A DNA stretch of 62,919 nt, counting the filler, from Reticulomyxa filosa (Eukaryota; Protista; Foraminifera): the NCBI GenBank assembly GCA_000512085.1. It is 18 parts of 18 records of this genome, joined end to end, with 100 filler letters (N's around TTAATTAATTAA, not from the genome) between each part and the next. Parts side by side here need not be neighbours in the genome. Positions count along the whole stretch, not along the records: positions 1 to 20,958 come from ASPP01008665.1; positions 21,059 to 23,172 come from ASPP01007715.1; positions 23,273 to 27,001 come from ASPP01016407.1; 15 more parts are not named here. One strand, written 5' to 3'. The notes beneath the pieces are model-generated. The model was not told the origin of the DNA, searched no databases, and was given only the letters and a program-made list of their open reading frames with translations. Shown piece by piece: positions 12,466-26,213 of this stretch (position 1 is the first letter of the stretch; each line of letters opens with the position of its first letter). The position numbers and the translations under genes were made by a program.

Positions 12466-13446
12466 ATGCTAGGGATAATAGTGCATGAACGGATTGTCAG
12501 CGTTTCAATAGCGCAATTAAGCCAGAAGACCTTTGGGTTTGACCTGCTCAAGCAATATGCGTATTTGAAAAGGGAGCTGGGAGAAGAAATAATTGACACA
12601 ATGGTATTCCTGGATAGGACACAATACATGGCATTTGCATCAAGACTGGAAAAGCAAGACATGTCAGCGATAGAAACGGAAGTAGTGAATGAAAGAGATG
12701 GTTGCAGGATACGTTGTTGGGAGAATATGGATCGTTCCAAAGCAAGTGCACGGGAACATGAAGATGAAGACGAAGCGAATGAGATATTGCATATGTTCTG
12801 TTTGGAGAGATGTGTGCATAGCGAAGTTTATAGCAATGATGTTATTTACGAGTTTGCATCGTTTCTGCAATACCATTCGTATTACGGCACGCTCCTATTG
12901 ACACCGTTGCCGTCGCTTCCGTGCGACGCCTTGCAAGCGTCCCAAGTGTTTGCATCTTGTGGTACGTATATAACGTATAATAATGTATATAAGTTTGTTT
13001 GTTTGTTTGTTTGTTTGTTTGGCAATTTAAAAAAAAAAAAAAGATAAGAATTAAATAAAAGGGAAGAAGAGTTTTTGATGATGATCCACACAAAATTTTT
13101 TTTTGGGGATTGGATAAGAGAAGGACTAGTGACCACACAGCATACAGCACATAGCACACAGGAGTAACGTATTGTTTGTAATGTTTGCCAATGTGCAGTG
13201 GGGATGTATCAAAGCAAGTTTCCTGCCAAAAACGAAAACAAAGACGACCTCGTGCTGGCAAAACACGACGCTATTGCGTTACAAGAACTGGATGGAACTG
13301 ATTTCGAAAATGATGTTATTGCTCGTGAAATTGCCACCTTTTTTTTGGAGGAAAGTGACGCGCAGATGTCTTCGCTACAATCTACGGATCATTTGACATT
13401 GTCATTGTTTGGTGCAAGCGCTCGAAGCGAATCCATTGCCGAGTAG
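12466..13446 (+). CDS. Hypothetical protein, about 3 exons
   Basis: Protein-like ORFs 12409-13047 and 13198-13446 separated by GT-AG introns. No family recognised. Confidence 0.5.
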
Positions 13447-14133
13447 GCTTTTTTTTCCTTTCTTTTTTTTCTTTCTTTAAATAAGCTTGTTTGCTTGCAA
13501 CGCTCGCAAAACACTTGCTAAATAAAGTATTTAGAGACACATAATATTTCACTTCCCAAAGTACGTACACTTTGATTTGCTACGGGGTACCGATGTTGCT
13601 CCATGGCAATCAACTTTTTTTTTTTCTTACTTACGTTTTGCTATTGATATGTTTGCTATTTATGTTCCTTCCATTGTTTTGTGTCGCCTTTTTCTTCTTT
13701 GTACCGCTTCGTTTTTTAATTTTCGTTTCTCATGTTCGTTTATTCCTTCTCTCTCATCTTTTTGTTGTTTTTGTTTTGTTTCCTCTCAGTCAAAAAAAAA
13801 TATCGGTTTTTTCCGACTTGTTCGTGTTTTTTTTTAGTATCATTTTTATCACACACAAAAAAAAAGATGTATCGGATCTTTCGAAAATTTTTCTCTTTGG
13901 TGACTACTCGTCTACATAATGTCCTTTGAGAAACAAGTTCACTAAATTTGCTACAATCTTCTTGCAGTCATAAAGTAACAGTGGAACTCAAACTTGTAAT
14001 GTGTAGAGGGATTGTTTTTCTTACGTACATGCGAGACGCCATGGGCGAAAAAAAAAAGGGCACTTAAAACAAAAATATTCTTTAAATTATTATTTATTAT
14101 TATTGCAGTCATAATCTTTGAGTAGTATTGAAG

Positions 14134-15372
14134 ATGTCATATTTTGCAAAATTTTTCTCGTCGCCCAAAGAGCGGATCTTATCTTTCATAAATAGTAGTC
14201 GCAACTATTACGTACCGAAAAACGTCGGACGACTGACATTGGAAATAGCAGCCCGTCAGAAATACCTGAGAGGCGAGGACGCCTTTTTTGTTTACAAATC
14301 CAAGGGATTTGGCGTTGCGGATGGAGGTTTGTGGAAGAAGAAAACGGAAGGGAAGATATTTGGATTGTGTTGGAGCACACATACTTTTGAGAGGCACAAA
14401 AAAAAATTCTGGAAATTGCAGGAACGCCGTTATATGGAGACCAACAATTGAAACAAATCTACAACAGTTGGCGGATGGGCAGATATTCCAGGTTGAACCC
14501 GGCACAGTTTGCACAAGATGTGATGAAGAACTGTGAAAAGGAGATGGCCAAAGAGAATGACGACGCGATGGTGAAAGAGTTAACAACCAAAAAAAATACA
14601 TGACACACTGCAATCGTATTGAAACATTCTTACAAAACATATGTAGCATTTTATACAATGCAACCTATCCGGTTATACGAGGAGGCATTTTAGGGAGCAC
14701 TACAGCAGTAGTATGCGTATTGACAAAGAATAACCAATTGCAAGTTATGCACACACACATACATGTGACTTTTTTTTTTTGTAAGGTCCCCTTTTAAAAA
14801 AAAAAAAAAATGATTTTCCTCGTGACTTTGTTTTGGGAAAGATTGCAAATATTGGTGACTCTGGTGCGATCATTTTTCGTAAGATAATGGAGAGACCCAA
14901 TACCTATCGCTTCTATTTTTTCACGCCCAGTCAAACTGTCAGTTTCAACGCGCCCAGACAAATTGGGCCACTCGAGGAAATGCAAAGCAGCAATGAAATG
15001 TGCGTCGATCCAATGGAATGGACCGAACACTTTGTCATACCCGTTGTTCCTGATGGTAAGTTATTGTAAATGTCCGACGTTGTTTGTTGTTCCGGCTATA
15101 GATCCCTTCCTTCTCCTTTTTCTCACATTATTCATAATATAGATGTCATCGTTGCCTTCTCTGACGGTGTCACCGATAACTTGTTCCCACAGGAAATATT
15201 GAACGAGATAAACAAATGTCTTCAAAGCAAAACTGATGCAAACAGCGAGAAAGTCGCTGATGCCATTTTGGCGGCTGCTTTGGCGCGACAAAAGAGCTCA
15301 CAAAGAACTCCGTTTGGTCATCCCAAACCCGATGATACTACTGTAGTTGTTGCTATTGTGCGCTCTGCTTAG
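14134..15372 (+). CDS. PTC7: PTC7-family PP2C protein phosphatase, multi-exon, with an apparent 1-nt deletion near 14493
   Basis: GEDAFF, GVADG|VGGW, GSTTAVV, ANIGDSG, SFNAPRQIG, DVIVAFSDGVTDNLF and KPDDTTVVVA. Confidence 0.9.
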
Positions 15373-15643
15373 ATTCACTCTCTCTCACTTTTTTTTTTTT
15401 TTTTTTGTCAACTAGGATACTTACATTATTCGCAGTGCTGTTTTTCATGTTCTCACTTCGGGCATGTCAATTTAAAAAACCAAAACGCTTTTTTTTTCCC
15501 CCTGTTTGGCATTGACCAAGCCCAGTCTGTAATACTACCTTGCCAAATTTACGTACGTCAGGATGCAGTGTCTTTGTATCACAAACTTCTGGGCGGAGGG
15601 GATTATCTCATTATCAAGTCCTATTGAATAGAGGACGTTCAAA

Positions 15644-17959
15644 ATGTCGTCATATTTGCGCAAGGTTTTGCTAAATGCAGACGGTGATGACGAGGTGGAA
15701 CAACAGAAACCAAAGGCAAGGTGAATTTTCTTATGCTTTCGTTGACTAAGCTTAAGACTTGTTTGCACGTCTTTTATCCTCTCGTTTTAAAAAAATGGGT
15801 TGTATTTTTCCCTACCATGTCGGATGACAGAAAGCAGTACCACATTGGCTGCAGGGGATTCAAACGAGCCAACGTGTGACTGATGACACCTCAGAGGTTA
15901 GAGCGTGTTTGTGTTTGTATCATTTCAATGACCACAACAAGCGGAAGCAGCAGTAAAGGGACTCTTCGGGCCCGCATGCACACAAGCGATAATAACTTTG
16001 GAATACACATACATACACACATACGTGCGACACAATAGCTGTACGAAGAAAAGGCCGACGAATTGGAAAAAAAGAAGCAAAGTAAGGACTAAAAGAACAG
16101 TCCTTTGGAGGAGGGGGTTTCAAAGGGGGGGGAAAGTTGTTTTTTAATTCAGATATATTCACATATCAATCGTATAAGGCATATCCCCCCCCCTCCTCTC
16201 CTCTTCTTTTTTTTTTTTTAAAAAAAAATGTTGTTTCAATAGTTTGTGTGTACTTTGCTATTTATTGTATGATGAAACATGCCGAAATGCAAATAAGTGG
16301 AGCAACTGCAAAGCAAAAAGTGTTATGAATGTGGCGAGTTTGGCCACGTGGTGAAGGAATGCCCGAACAAATTGAAAAAGCGAATGAATGGACGTTTTAA
16401 AGAAAGCGATTGGTGTTGTCCGATGTGTGCAAACATCAATTGGGATTGGCGACAGCACTGTAACAAATGTTCCACTCCAAAGCCCAGCGGCGCAACAGAA
16501 AAGAGGACTGGGCGTGGCGGTGGATACAACGAAATTGATGTTTTGTATTTTATTTTATTTTATTTTTTTATTAAAAAAAAAAAAAAGAAATTATTTTTCA
16601 AATTCTCTCGAAAATTCGCACATACAAAAAAAAAAAAAAAAAAACGGAAAAAAAGGAGGAAACACGAGCTCGTATCGCAGCATTGCGAGCAGCCAAGTCA
16701 GAAAAAGAAAAAGATAGCGAAGGAGGAAAGAGAGAAGACTCAGGAATGGATGAAGGATCAACCCCGATTTATGTTGGCGAGTCGGATGGCAACCCGACAA
16801 TCCTCGTACGCAATTTGAACAAAGATAGAATAAGCGTGTCGGAATTGGTGGCGTTCTTTGGACAAATTGGCAAAGTCGCACAAAACAAAAAGACCAAAGA
16901 CCACGAAGTGCAGATCCTAACCGACGCAGAGACACAAAGACCGACAGGGGAGGCTTTGGTCACGTATGATGACGCACACGCCGCTGCCTCGGCCATTCGT
17001 TGGTTTGACCAGGCCGAGTTTTTGGGACAAATGATTCGAGTTAATCAAACCACAAATACAAAATATACAAATGCAAATTTGTTGCATGTCAAACCAAAGT
17101 AAATTTAATTTGGTTGAGTGATCCATTCATTTGATTGATTGATTGATTGTTTATACAAATGGAAATGTGCAAAGGTGGAAATGGCAGTGCAAAATACTCA
17201 GCCCAGCGACGAAGGCGGGGACGAAGACGACGATGCCAACATCGAAGCTGAACTGTTCGGATATGCCACTCGTGGAAGAGGACGTGGTCGTGGAAGCAGA
17301 GGCGCCAGAGGGGGTCGTGGTGGTGGTGCTGCTGCTCCGGGGGGCTTGCCTTTGTTTGCACCCGACGATTGGAAATGCGACATGTTTTGATACCTCTCTT
17401 TTTTCCCCCTTTCTTGCTTCATTCGCTTTGACAAAGAGGGGAAACTAAACAAGGACATACCAAACATTAACTCACGCTCAACAGATGCAACAATGTCAAT
17501 TGGGCGCGTCGTGAAATGTGCAATCGCTGTGGCGAACCCAAACCCGAGTACGTAAAGAAATTGCAAGAGGAGGCTCGCAAGGAAATGGAAACGCATCAAA
17601 GTCATGCTGGCAATACTTCTCATGTGAGCGCAAACAACAAAGCAAATGACTTAAATGAACAATCTATCATTTTCAATGAGGAGATCCCACAAGATCAGGA
17701 GGATGATATAGGACAGGAAGAGATACACGACCACAAACGAGACAAACAAAAAGAACGAGATAGAAGTAACAAGAATAAACACAGTCGGAGCGGAGATAGA
17801 GATAGAGACAGAGACAAAAACAGAGATCGAGATAAAAACAGAGATAGAGACAGAGATAGAGATAGAGACAGAGACAGAGAAAAACGATCTCGTCGTAGTC
17901 GCAGCAGAGGGTCTCATCGCAATGGAGATAAAGACAGTAATCGAAGTCGAAGAAGGTGA
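15644..17959 (+). CDS. RNA-binding protein: CCHC knuckle, RanBP2 zinc finger, TET-family RRM, RGG, second RanBP2 finger, RD/RS tail (TAF15/ZRANB2-like)
   Basis: CYECGEFGHVVKEC; DWCCPMCANINWDWRQHCNKC; FFGQIG...PTGEALVTYDDAHAAASAIRWFD; RGRGRGRGSRGARGGRGG; DDWKC..CNNVNWARREMCNRCGEPKP. 5' exons uncertain. Confidence 0.85.
17790..17882 (+). repeat. Coding GAYAGA hexamer repeat (Asp-Arg dipeptides)
   Basis: gatagagatagagacagagac... encodes RDRDRD in the low-complexity tail. Confidence 0.85.
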
Positions 17960-18374
17960 TTCGCTAATGTGTGATGTCTTTTTTAAAGTGCTTAAGGGAC
18001 ATGTATTGCTTTTTAATCTAAAAAAAAAGTGTTGGTTCATTAATATCATCCTTTTTTTCCTTTCAGAAAGTTCAAATTTGCATAATCACTGTTTGAACTC
18101 TTATTAATCTAAAAAAAAATATTTTTGTGTTGAAACACTAACACTTTAATGCAACGCTCTTCTCAAAACTGTACACTTGCTCCGAAGGTTCTTAGTGTGG
18201 CGGGGCTTTGAAATAAAAACTGGTAATTTTTTTAGTTTCAATGCTAGTTTGAGGTGGAGAAAAAAAAATAGCAAAAATGAAAAATAATAAAATAAAAGGA
18301 GCAAAAAACAAGTAAACTGGACGAAGTAGAAGATATAAGCGTCGGACTGTTTACAAAAGATTACCGTTTGAGTG

Positions 18375-20527
18375 ATGCAGGAAGCAATAACGACAAAAAT
18401 AATGTTGAGATGGAAGAAAAAAAACAAAAACAACAAAAAAAAGACAACATTATTACAAGATCTACCACCTCCAAACTTTCCTCGAGGTCGGACTAACAAT
18501 CAAAGCAGAACAACAAATGGATATAATGGATATAACAAGCATTACAATCACAACAACAATCACAAAAGCAATTACAGTATTCACGACATTTACAATAAGG
18601 ACAAAGACATTGAAATGAGAGATCGGCCACAATTTATCGACTTAACAGACGATACAGCGAATAATTCGTTTGACACACCTCGAACACAAAAGTTGACTGT
18701 GTTCCTTTGATTTTTTTTTAAAATTAATTTCTGATTGGTTTGAAAACAGTAAGGGACCGTAAACAACAAAACCTTCACAGGCGCTCAATCATTAGTCCTT
18801 GCTCTTATACTCGTGAACACTATGCAAAGATGATTAGTTTTGTATCCTTTGATTTGTTTGTTTTTTTTTTTTTGCAAGGAAAATAAACCGATAAAGAAAA
18901 AATAAAAATAAAAAAAATAAATGTAGGACGATCCGAAGAAATAACACAAAGAGATCCACAAACGGGTCAATCTAAAACCAATCACACGCATTCGTTTTGT
19001 TTTATTTTCATTATTTTTGCACGTTGCAATATCTACTCTGTTTGAAGTGTGGAAATTTTTCCCGCTTCCACGGAAATTCGCACACTGTGCGAAGCTCTTG
19101 ACCCGAGACAATAACAAAATTGATTGGTTGTTATGTTTTGACGAAATAACTAGGAGAGCAAATAGTCAAAGACATCAAAGTCAGTATGCTTACCAATTAT
19201 ATTTGCAAAACAAAAACATGAATGGATTAAAAAGAACTTATGTATACATGTGTATATCAATTGTTTGAATGTCACACAAATTAGATCCCAATTATGAAAA
19301 GAGAAAAAAATATTTTCAACAGTTTAGCAAAAATAAATACATAAATATTGTTGGCCTGTGTCTGTTATTTTTTTGGAAGGAGGAGGGGTAGACGAAATTA
19401 GGGCTTTTTAAAAAAAAAAAAACACTGTCTGTGAAACCAATGAACAGAATGATAGGTTATCTCGAGGAAATTAATCTCAACAAAAAAGTAGAACTTGGGA
19501 AGAAAGGCACGAATCTCAACACCTCTTTGACGATTTCGACGGACAAACTAATAAAGCAAACTGATAAACTGTTGGATTGTCGAGCTAAAGAGCAAGAAAA
19601 AAACCAAACAGACAAGCAAAAACAAATCCGTGATGCAAAAATGAAACCACTGACGGAGGAACAAAAAAAGCTCGTACAGAGAACATTTGACAAAGCGAAT
19701 AAGGATATCTCGGTTTTAATTGCATCGAATGAGGAACTTGGACAAGTATATGGTAAGGACATTATACGATTACAACCAAGAATTTGGTTGAATGATGAAA
19801 TCATTAATTATTATGCCGCCATGCTCGGAAAACGAAACCGAACTCGGTTCGAAAACAAGCAGTGCGAATGTAGCGTCGTATTAATGAATTCCTTTTTTTA
19901 CACCAAATTGGCAGGCAGTGGGTACAAATTTAGTAATGTCAGTCGATGGACGAAACCGGCTCAGGTTATAACTGTAATACGATAACTTTCTTTTCTTTTC
20001 TACGTATGTGCGATCTCTTACTTTTCTCGATTTTGATTGGGTCACACACGTCACTGTAATCCACTTTTTTTTTTTTTTTTTTGTGTTTTGTTATTGTTGT
20101 CTGCTATCGAACACAGCTCCAAAAGAGATGCTTTTCCAAAAAAGTCAACACAATATTTGACTTACACAAAGTAATCATTCCAATAAATATGAGCAACACT
20201 CATTGGGTTTGTGCATGCATTAACATTGCAGAGAAGAGATTTGAATTTTATGATTCAATGGGCTCTGATGGTAAACAATTTTATGAAATATTCAAAAGAT
20301 ATGTTGAAGATGAGATCAAAGACAAAAAATTGGAAATAAAATATAATTGGAATCATTATCATCTTAAAGGAATTCCACGCCAAAATAATGCATATGATTG
20401 TGGTGTTTTTACTTGTAAGTTTATGGATTGGTTGTGTGACAATCTTACTCCAGATTTTTCTCAAACAGATATGTGTGATTTTAGACTGAAAATGGCACAT
20501 GAAATAATAACAAATGAATTGTTGTAA
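18375..20527 (+). CDS. SUMO protease, Ulp1/SENP (peptidase C48), multi-exon
   Basis: WLNDEIINYY, NSFFYTKL, VSRWT, IIPIN.SNTHW, FYDSMG and PRQNNAYDCGVF; His-Asp-Cys triad present. Start approximate. Confidence 0.92.
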
Positions 20528-20958
20528 GACTCTTGGTTGTATTTAATTTTTTTTTAATGATCAGCAAAGACTCGTTTTATTTGTCGCATGAAACTATTAC
20601 CAGCATCATAGTTTTTTATTTTTTTTAAGGCTTCAAATTTTTATTAAAAAAAAACATGAAAGAAACATGAAAAAATTTTGTCAAAACAAATGAATCCAAA
20701 AATTAGATAAAAATCATGGCTAACTTCTAATATGTAAAAAGTAAAAAGTAAAAATGATGAAGTGAAAAAAGGGGTTTGAAAAAAAAAGTATTGGTTGAAT
20801 TAAAAGAAAAGATGATGAAAAAAAGTGATGAAAAAGGGATGTTAGGATATAGCTTAGTGAAATGGTTGTTTCGTTTGACGTTGTTAAGTATTGAAGTAAA
20901 TGTAAAAGTGTATAAATAGTTACTGTGTACAAGCATAAGTATAAATGTAAATATAAAT

Positions 20959-21058
20959 NNNNNNNNNNNNNNNNNNNNNNNNNNNNNNNNNNNNNNNNNN
21001 NNTTAATTAATTAANNNNNNNNNNNNNNNNNNNNNNNNNNNNNNNNNNNNNNNNNNNN
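20959..21058. other. Artificial contig linker N44-TTAATTAATTAA-N44; identical 100-nt linkers start at 23173, 27002, 29477, 30870, 32351, 33578, 37854, 39627, 40727, 42331, 43857, 49048, 52547, 56972, 59450 and 61775
   Basis: Identical length and a six-frame stop core at every gap. Confidence 0.99.
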
Positions 21059-21555
21059 AACTTTTTTACTCTTTTTTTTGTTTGTTTTGTTTTTTGATGT
21101 ACAGTTAAACCAATGGGTTTTGGTTCTGTATTTTTCTTTCATTTGGTTGTTTGGGCAAAATGAAACACTTACAGTTGTTAAGAGGTTTGTTCTATTCGCA
21201 GTGACAGCATTGGGTTAAGAAAAAGAGAGAGAGAAAGATACAACTTCTTTAGGTGATTGAAAATTAGTCAAACAGTACCTTGCATCAATTCATCATAAAA
21301 CTAAAATTGTTTTGTATACGTTTTTAGGTTCAATACAAATTCCTAATTGATATCAAGTGAAAATAAATAAATAAAACCATTGGTGCATGATATTCCCAGC
21401 TATAAACTGAAACATTGTAATCGTTTAGGACAACTTGCACAACGTTTTACTTAAATGTACGGTGAGAAGTTTCACAAATCGTTTAACTTAGGTGTACTGA
21501 AAAGTATGTAGCCCTTTTATTTTTTGTTGTTATATATCTATTCCAATTTATTTCA

Positions 21556-23021
21556 ATGAAACCAAAGGAAGCAGCTGATTTTGTTGGACAAGGACTTTTT
21601 AGCTACTATGAAAAATATGTCAAGCCATTGGAGATGGCCTATCATGTACGCGTTTTTTTTTTTAGCACGACCTACCAGTTGTACCATACAAAAAAAAAAC
21701 AAACATCAAAACAAAAAATAGTTTGATAAATTCGCAACACCATTATTAACAGAAGCCGATTTTATGGCAGCGCCAATAGTGTTATTGATGGGGCAATATT
21801 CCGTCGGTAAGACCACGTTTATCCGTTATCTGCTCGGGAGGGATTTCCCTGGGGCACGCATTGGACCCGAGCCGACAACGGACAAATTTTGCGCAGTAAT
21901 GTACGGACATACTGAGCGACAAATCCCAGGCAACGCCGCAGCAGGTACTTGCATAGTTTTTATTGGTTGGTGCACGTGCACTGCATGTATTGCACGTATA
22001 TCCCTCTTTTTTTTTTTTTTTGAAAAAAACAACCAAGTAAAAATAATAAATGACGTATAAAAAAAAATAAAAAAAAAAAAGAGAGAAAGAGGGATGAAAT
22101 TTGTAAACAGTTCAGAAAGACAAGCCTTTTAGCGCATTGCAAGCGTTTGGAATGTCATTTCTGAATCGATTTGAAGTGAGTGAATTGGATGCCCCTTTGC
22201 TACAGCAAATCACACTGATCGATTCTCCAGGCATTTTGTCGGGAGAAAAGCAGCGCCTCCAAAGAGGGTACGACTTTGCGTCGTGGTCGGATATTGGGCC
22301 GCACGTGCAGATCGCGTGCTGTTGCTGTTCGACGCGCACAAACTAGATATCAGCGACGAGCTGAGAGATGCCATTCTTGCTATTAGAAGCAACTTCGATA
22401 AAATACGTTGCGTCTTAAACAAAGCCGATCAAGTCAATCAGCAGCAATTAATGAGAATGTTTTGTTTCCATTACATATATACATATACATATATATATGT
22501 ATATATATATATGTATATATATACATGTATACATAAATGGAGGGAGTCAATTGTTACACTTTTCACTTTGTAGTGCATTACAAAGATGGTGTCACTTATT
22601 GGCTATTGTTGGCATTGTTTGTTTGTTTGCTTGTTTTGTGTGGGACTCAAGCTATGGTGCGCTGCTGTGGTCGCTGGGCAAAGTCGTCCAAACACCCGAG
22701 GTGATGAGGGTATACATTAGTTCATTTTGGGAGAAAGAATATGAAAACAAAGAGGCTGAGAAATTGTTTGATTTGGAAAAAAACGACTTACTTGCCGATT
22801 TGAAAAGTTTGCCACGAGAAGCTGCCATTCGAAAAGTTCTTTTTTCTGTCCATTTACCAAAGAATGTATATACAAATATATACATATATGTATACGTATA
22901 CATGTGTATATATGCTTGATCGCATCCAAAGGTAAATGAATTTGTGAAACGTGTTCGTCGATGCAAGATTCATGCATTGATATGTGAAACTTTGCGTTCA
23001 AAGTTTGGATTTTTTTACAAA
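21556..23021 (+). CDS. EH-domain-containing (EHD/RME-1) dynamin-like ATPase; 3'-truncated, 1-nt deletion near 22282
   Basis: PIVLLMGQYSVGKTTFIRYLL, IGPEPTTDKF, IPGNA, FGMSFLNRF, IDSPGILSGEKQR, LLFDAHKLDISDE, VLNKAD and YGALLWSLGKV. Confidence 0.95.
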
Positions 23022-23336
23022 GTTAATTATTTGTTGTTATATCTAGGCTTTATGCATTGTAATGGGACAAGTTTTTTTTTTTTTTTTTTTTTTGTGATTT
23101 AAAGTGTTTGATTGATTGAACACGGCGGGGGGGGGCGGATGGAAACAATATATATATATATATATATATATANNNNNNNNNNNNNNNNNNNNNNNNNNNN
23201 NNNNNNNNNNNNNNNNTTAATTAATTAANNNNNNNNNNNNNNNNNNNNNNNNNNNNNNNNNNNNNNNNNNNNAGAAGAAGAAGAAGAAGAAGAAGAAGCT
23301 CCAGAAGAAGAAGAAGAAGTAGAAAGCGAAGAAGAA

Positions 23337-25686
23337 ATGAAGAAAATAGATCCCGAAGTGGACCCAACAGTTCGCAGTATAGCAGTGTCGAAAAACATAA
23401 AAAATATAAAAACGTCCCCCTCCCCCCCCCCAACGGAGGTGGTGCGTGGACATACGAAAAAGAATTCGAAAATACGACACGATAGTGACAGTGAGGATTA
23501 CGAGGACATGAACAAGTCTCCAAAGGCAAGAGAAGCGAAGGAGGAGCCAGTGCCAAGAGGAACAAAAAAAAAGGCATCATTGGAAGCAAGTACAATCCAA
23601 GTGGATTACAATTTGACAATAGCATTGGACAACATGATGTTGAATCAGACAATGAAGATGTCGGAGTTGGGTGACATGTATCTGAGTACACAAGAGTTTA
23701 TTGACAAATGTCGAACGTTTGAAAGACATAAGACGGGCGTGCATGACTGGCATGGAATGAGTAAAGAAGAAAAAGAGAATCAATTTGGACTGTTTTCATT
23801 TTTTTTATCTCGTCGTGACCGCTCGCAAGACGACCCGAACAACGCAGCAGGGAATAGCAATGCGAATGGTAACAGCAATACGAATCCAAATAACAGCAAT
23901 AGCAATAACAATAACAATCGCAAAAAAAACGACGATCAAGAATCGGTGGGCAAGCATTCATTGGATGGACATAACGACTCGGATGACTCGTCTTTGTCTT
24001 CGTCGTGTTCTGTCGTGAATGGTGTTCCCAACGACCTGACATTTGTCGACGGAGGGGGCGAAGGAGACCTTGCCATTTGGGATGACGATGATGACATTGA
24101 CGATGATGACAATGGCAATGGTAGTAGCAGTAGTAGTAGGTGATGATGATGATGATGATGATAATGACGATGATGATGATGATGATGATAATGATGATGA
24201 TGATGATGATGATGATAACGATACCAGTGACAGCGCCGCAAATTCGGGAGAAGAAACCGCCGCCGCGAAAAGACGCAAACGAAAAGCACGTCTTCGGAAA
24301 CGAAAGGCCAATCAACAACGCAAAAAGTTAAAAAATAAATCGATCGGCTATCCCAATCACTTGCACGTCGCTGCCTTCCCTTATCAACACATGGGCATGA
24401 TGAAGAAGGAACACATGACCATTCCCCAAATCGAGTTTTGGATCGAATGGATGATTTTGCAACTCCCCGTCGTCATCTTTGGAAAAAGCTACGACAAAAA
24501 AACCAAACACGCAATGAAGTGGCTGTCCCTTTATTTGTCCGATGAGTTGCTCGATACATTCTTCACTGTCGTCTATTTGGATTTGGAAGGGTTTGATCAT
24601 AAAACTATGTTCGATATCGAAAAGCGACTTTTCTATAAATCCAGTCGTCGTGTTTTGGGAGTGCCTGCTATTTTTTTTTTGGGAGAATATATTGGTTAAA
24701 TTATTAAACAAACATACACAAAATATATGTATATAAATATATTATATATACATATATATACATATATGTATATATATATATGTATACGTATACATATATA
24801 AATCATCTCTCCTTTTTTTTTTTTTTTAAATGATAATTGCTATGATAGGCGATGACGACATATTGTATTTGTGGTATTGCAAACGTAAACTGGGAGACAT
24901 TTTGGAAGACGTTCGACAAAAATGGAACAATGTCGACAAAGAGTCTTGGTTCAAACGCGAACAGAAATTGAAGCGCTTGGAACAAGGGATGATATGCAAT
25001 GACATGCGTGCCAACATGGAATTAGGGGAACACTTGATGAATACTTTGCCATTGCTGCGCAAACACAACGAAAAGTTTCTAAAGGAAAAGTATCAATTGT
25101 CGGAAGCTGGGACAGTTGTCAAAGTTGGCAAAGTTCAAGAGCCACAAACGGAAGTCAATGGAGCGCAAGGGGCGCCACCCAAGCGAAAGAAAGGGCAGGT
25201 TCACAAAAAAAAAAAAGCGATGACGAGGAAAGTAGCTATTCTTGGACTGAAAGTGAAACAGACAGCGATAGTCAAAAGAATAAAAAGAAGAAACCAAAAA
25301 AAGTGAGCGTAAAAGGAATACGCAGAAGAGGCGATGATGACGATGTCGACGATGGTGACAATGAGAAGGAGGAGGATAAGGAGGAAGACGACGAGGGAAG
25401 TAGTGAGGATGAAGATGGATATACTCGACACAGGGAACAGGGAAGACGTCGAAATGTTGTTCGTGATCGCCTGGACGAAATTGAGGATGATATGCCTGCC
25501 ATTGGCGATGATCGTCAAGAAAAATATCAAGAACTGTTAAACAATAACATCAATGAACAATTAGACAAAAAGAAAGAACGAAATGCACATCACAAAGGAC
25601 AGCGCAGTGAAATTAGCCAAATGGGTGACAGCAACCAAACTTTGTTCGCTGATGATAACGAAAGCAGCGATGAATCTCGGCCATGA
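23337..25686 (+). CDS. Large acidic low-complexity protein with a degenerate glutaredoxin-like domain (about 24440-24910)
   Basis: PVVIFGKSY...FTVVYLD...GVPAIFFLGEYIG|DDDILYL...KLGDIL follows the Grx pattern. The frame changes inside a microsatellite near 24120-24140. Confidence 0.55.
24141..24216 (+). repeat. (GAT)n trinucleotide microsatellite encoding poly-Asp
   Basis: Direct inspection. Confidence 0.95.
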
Positions 25687-26213
25687 ATATCTTTTCTTAC
25701 ATACTCGTTTATAATCAAATATCTTATCCCGACTAGTTTTAATTCCTGTGCATGTGTGTTTACTAAACTCGTAGTTGCCAATCACACAAGTGTAAAAAAA
25801 AAAAATAAAAATAAAACAAAATATAAAAAAAAAAAAAAAACGCCACAAAGTTTGATGTTTCAAGTTTTTCCAAAAAATTTTTGCATGGATTGACAAAGTT
25901 GATAAACCATTGTTAAAAAAAATACTATAATCCTTTTCCATTCACGGATATCTTAACTTTTCCTCCAATTAATTTTTTCCCACTTTGCGAGGGTCTTTCT
26001 CCAGATGCACACGGGTTCTTAACCTCAAACGATTGTATCTGTAAGAAAAGATAAGCTATTAAAGGAAGAAAAAACCCTTGCAAGCTCGTATAAAGAAATA
26101 CAATGAAAAACAACTAAAAGAATTTGCGTCGGATTCTCGTTTTGTTGGTGAACTGAAAAAAAAGGAGAAAACTTGCCCCCTCCATTTCATCATCATCATC
26201 TTTTTTGATAAAG

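Noticed and set aside
21003-21014. Regularly recurring TTAATTAATTAA motif, which could suggest a repeat array or piggyBac TTAA sites
   Set aside because: It is always centred in exactly 88 Ns; this is a synthetic six-frame-stop contig linker.
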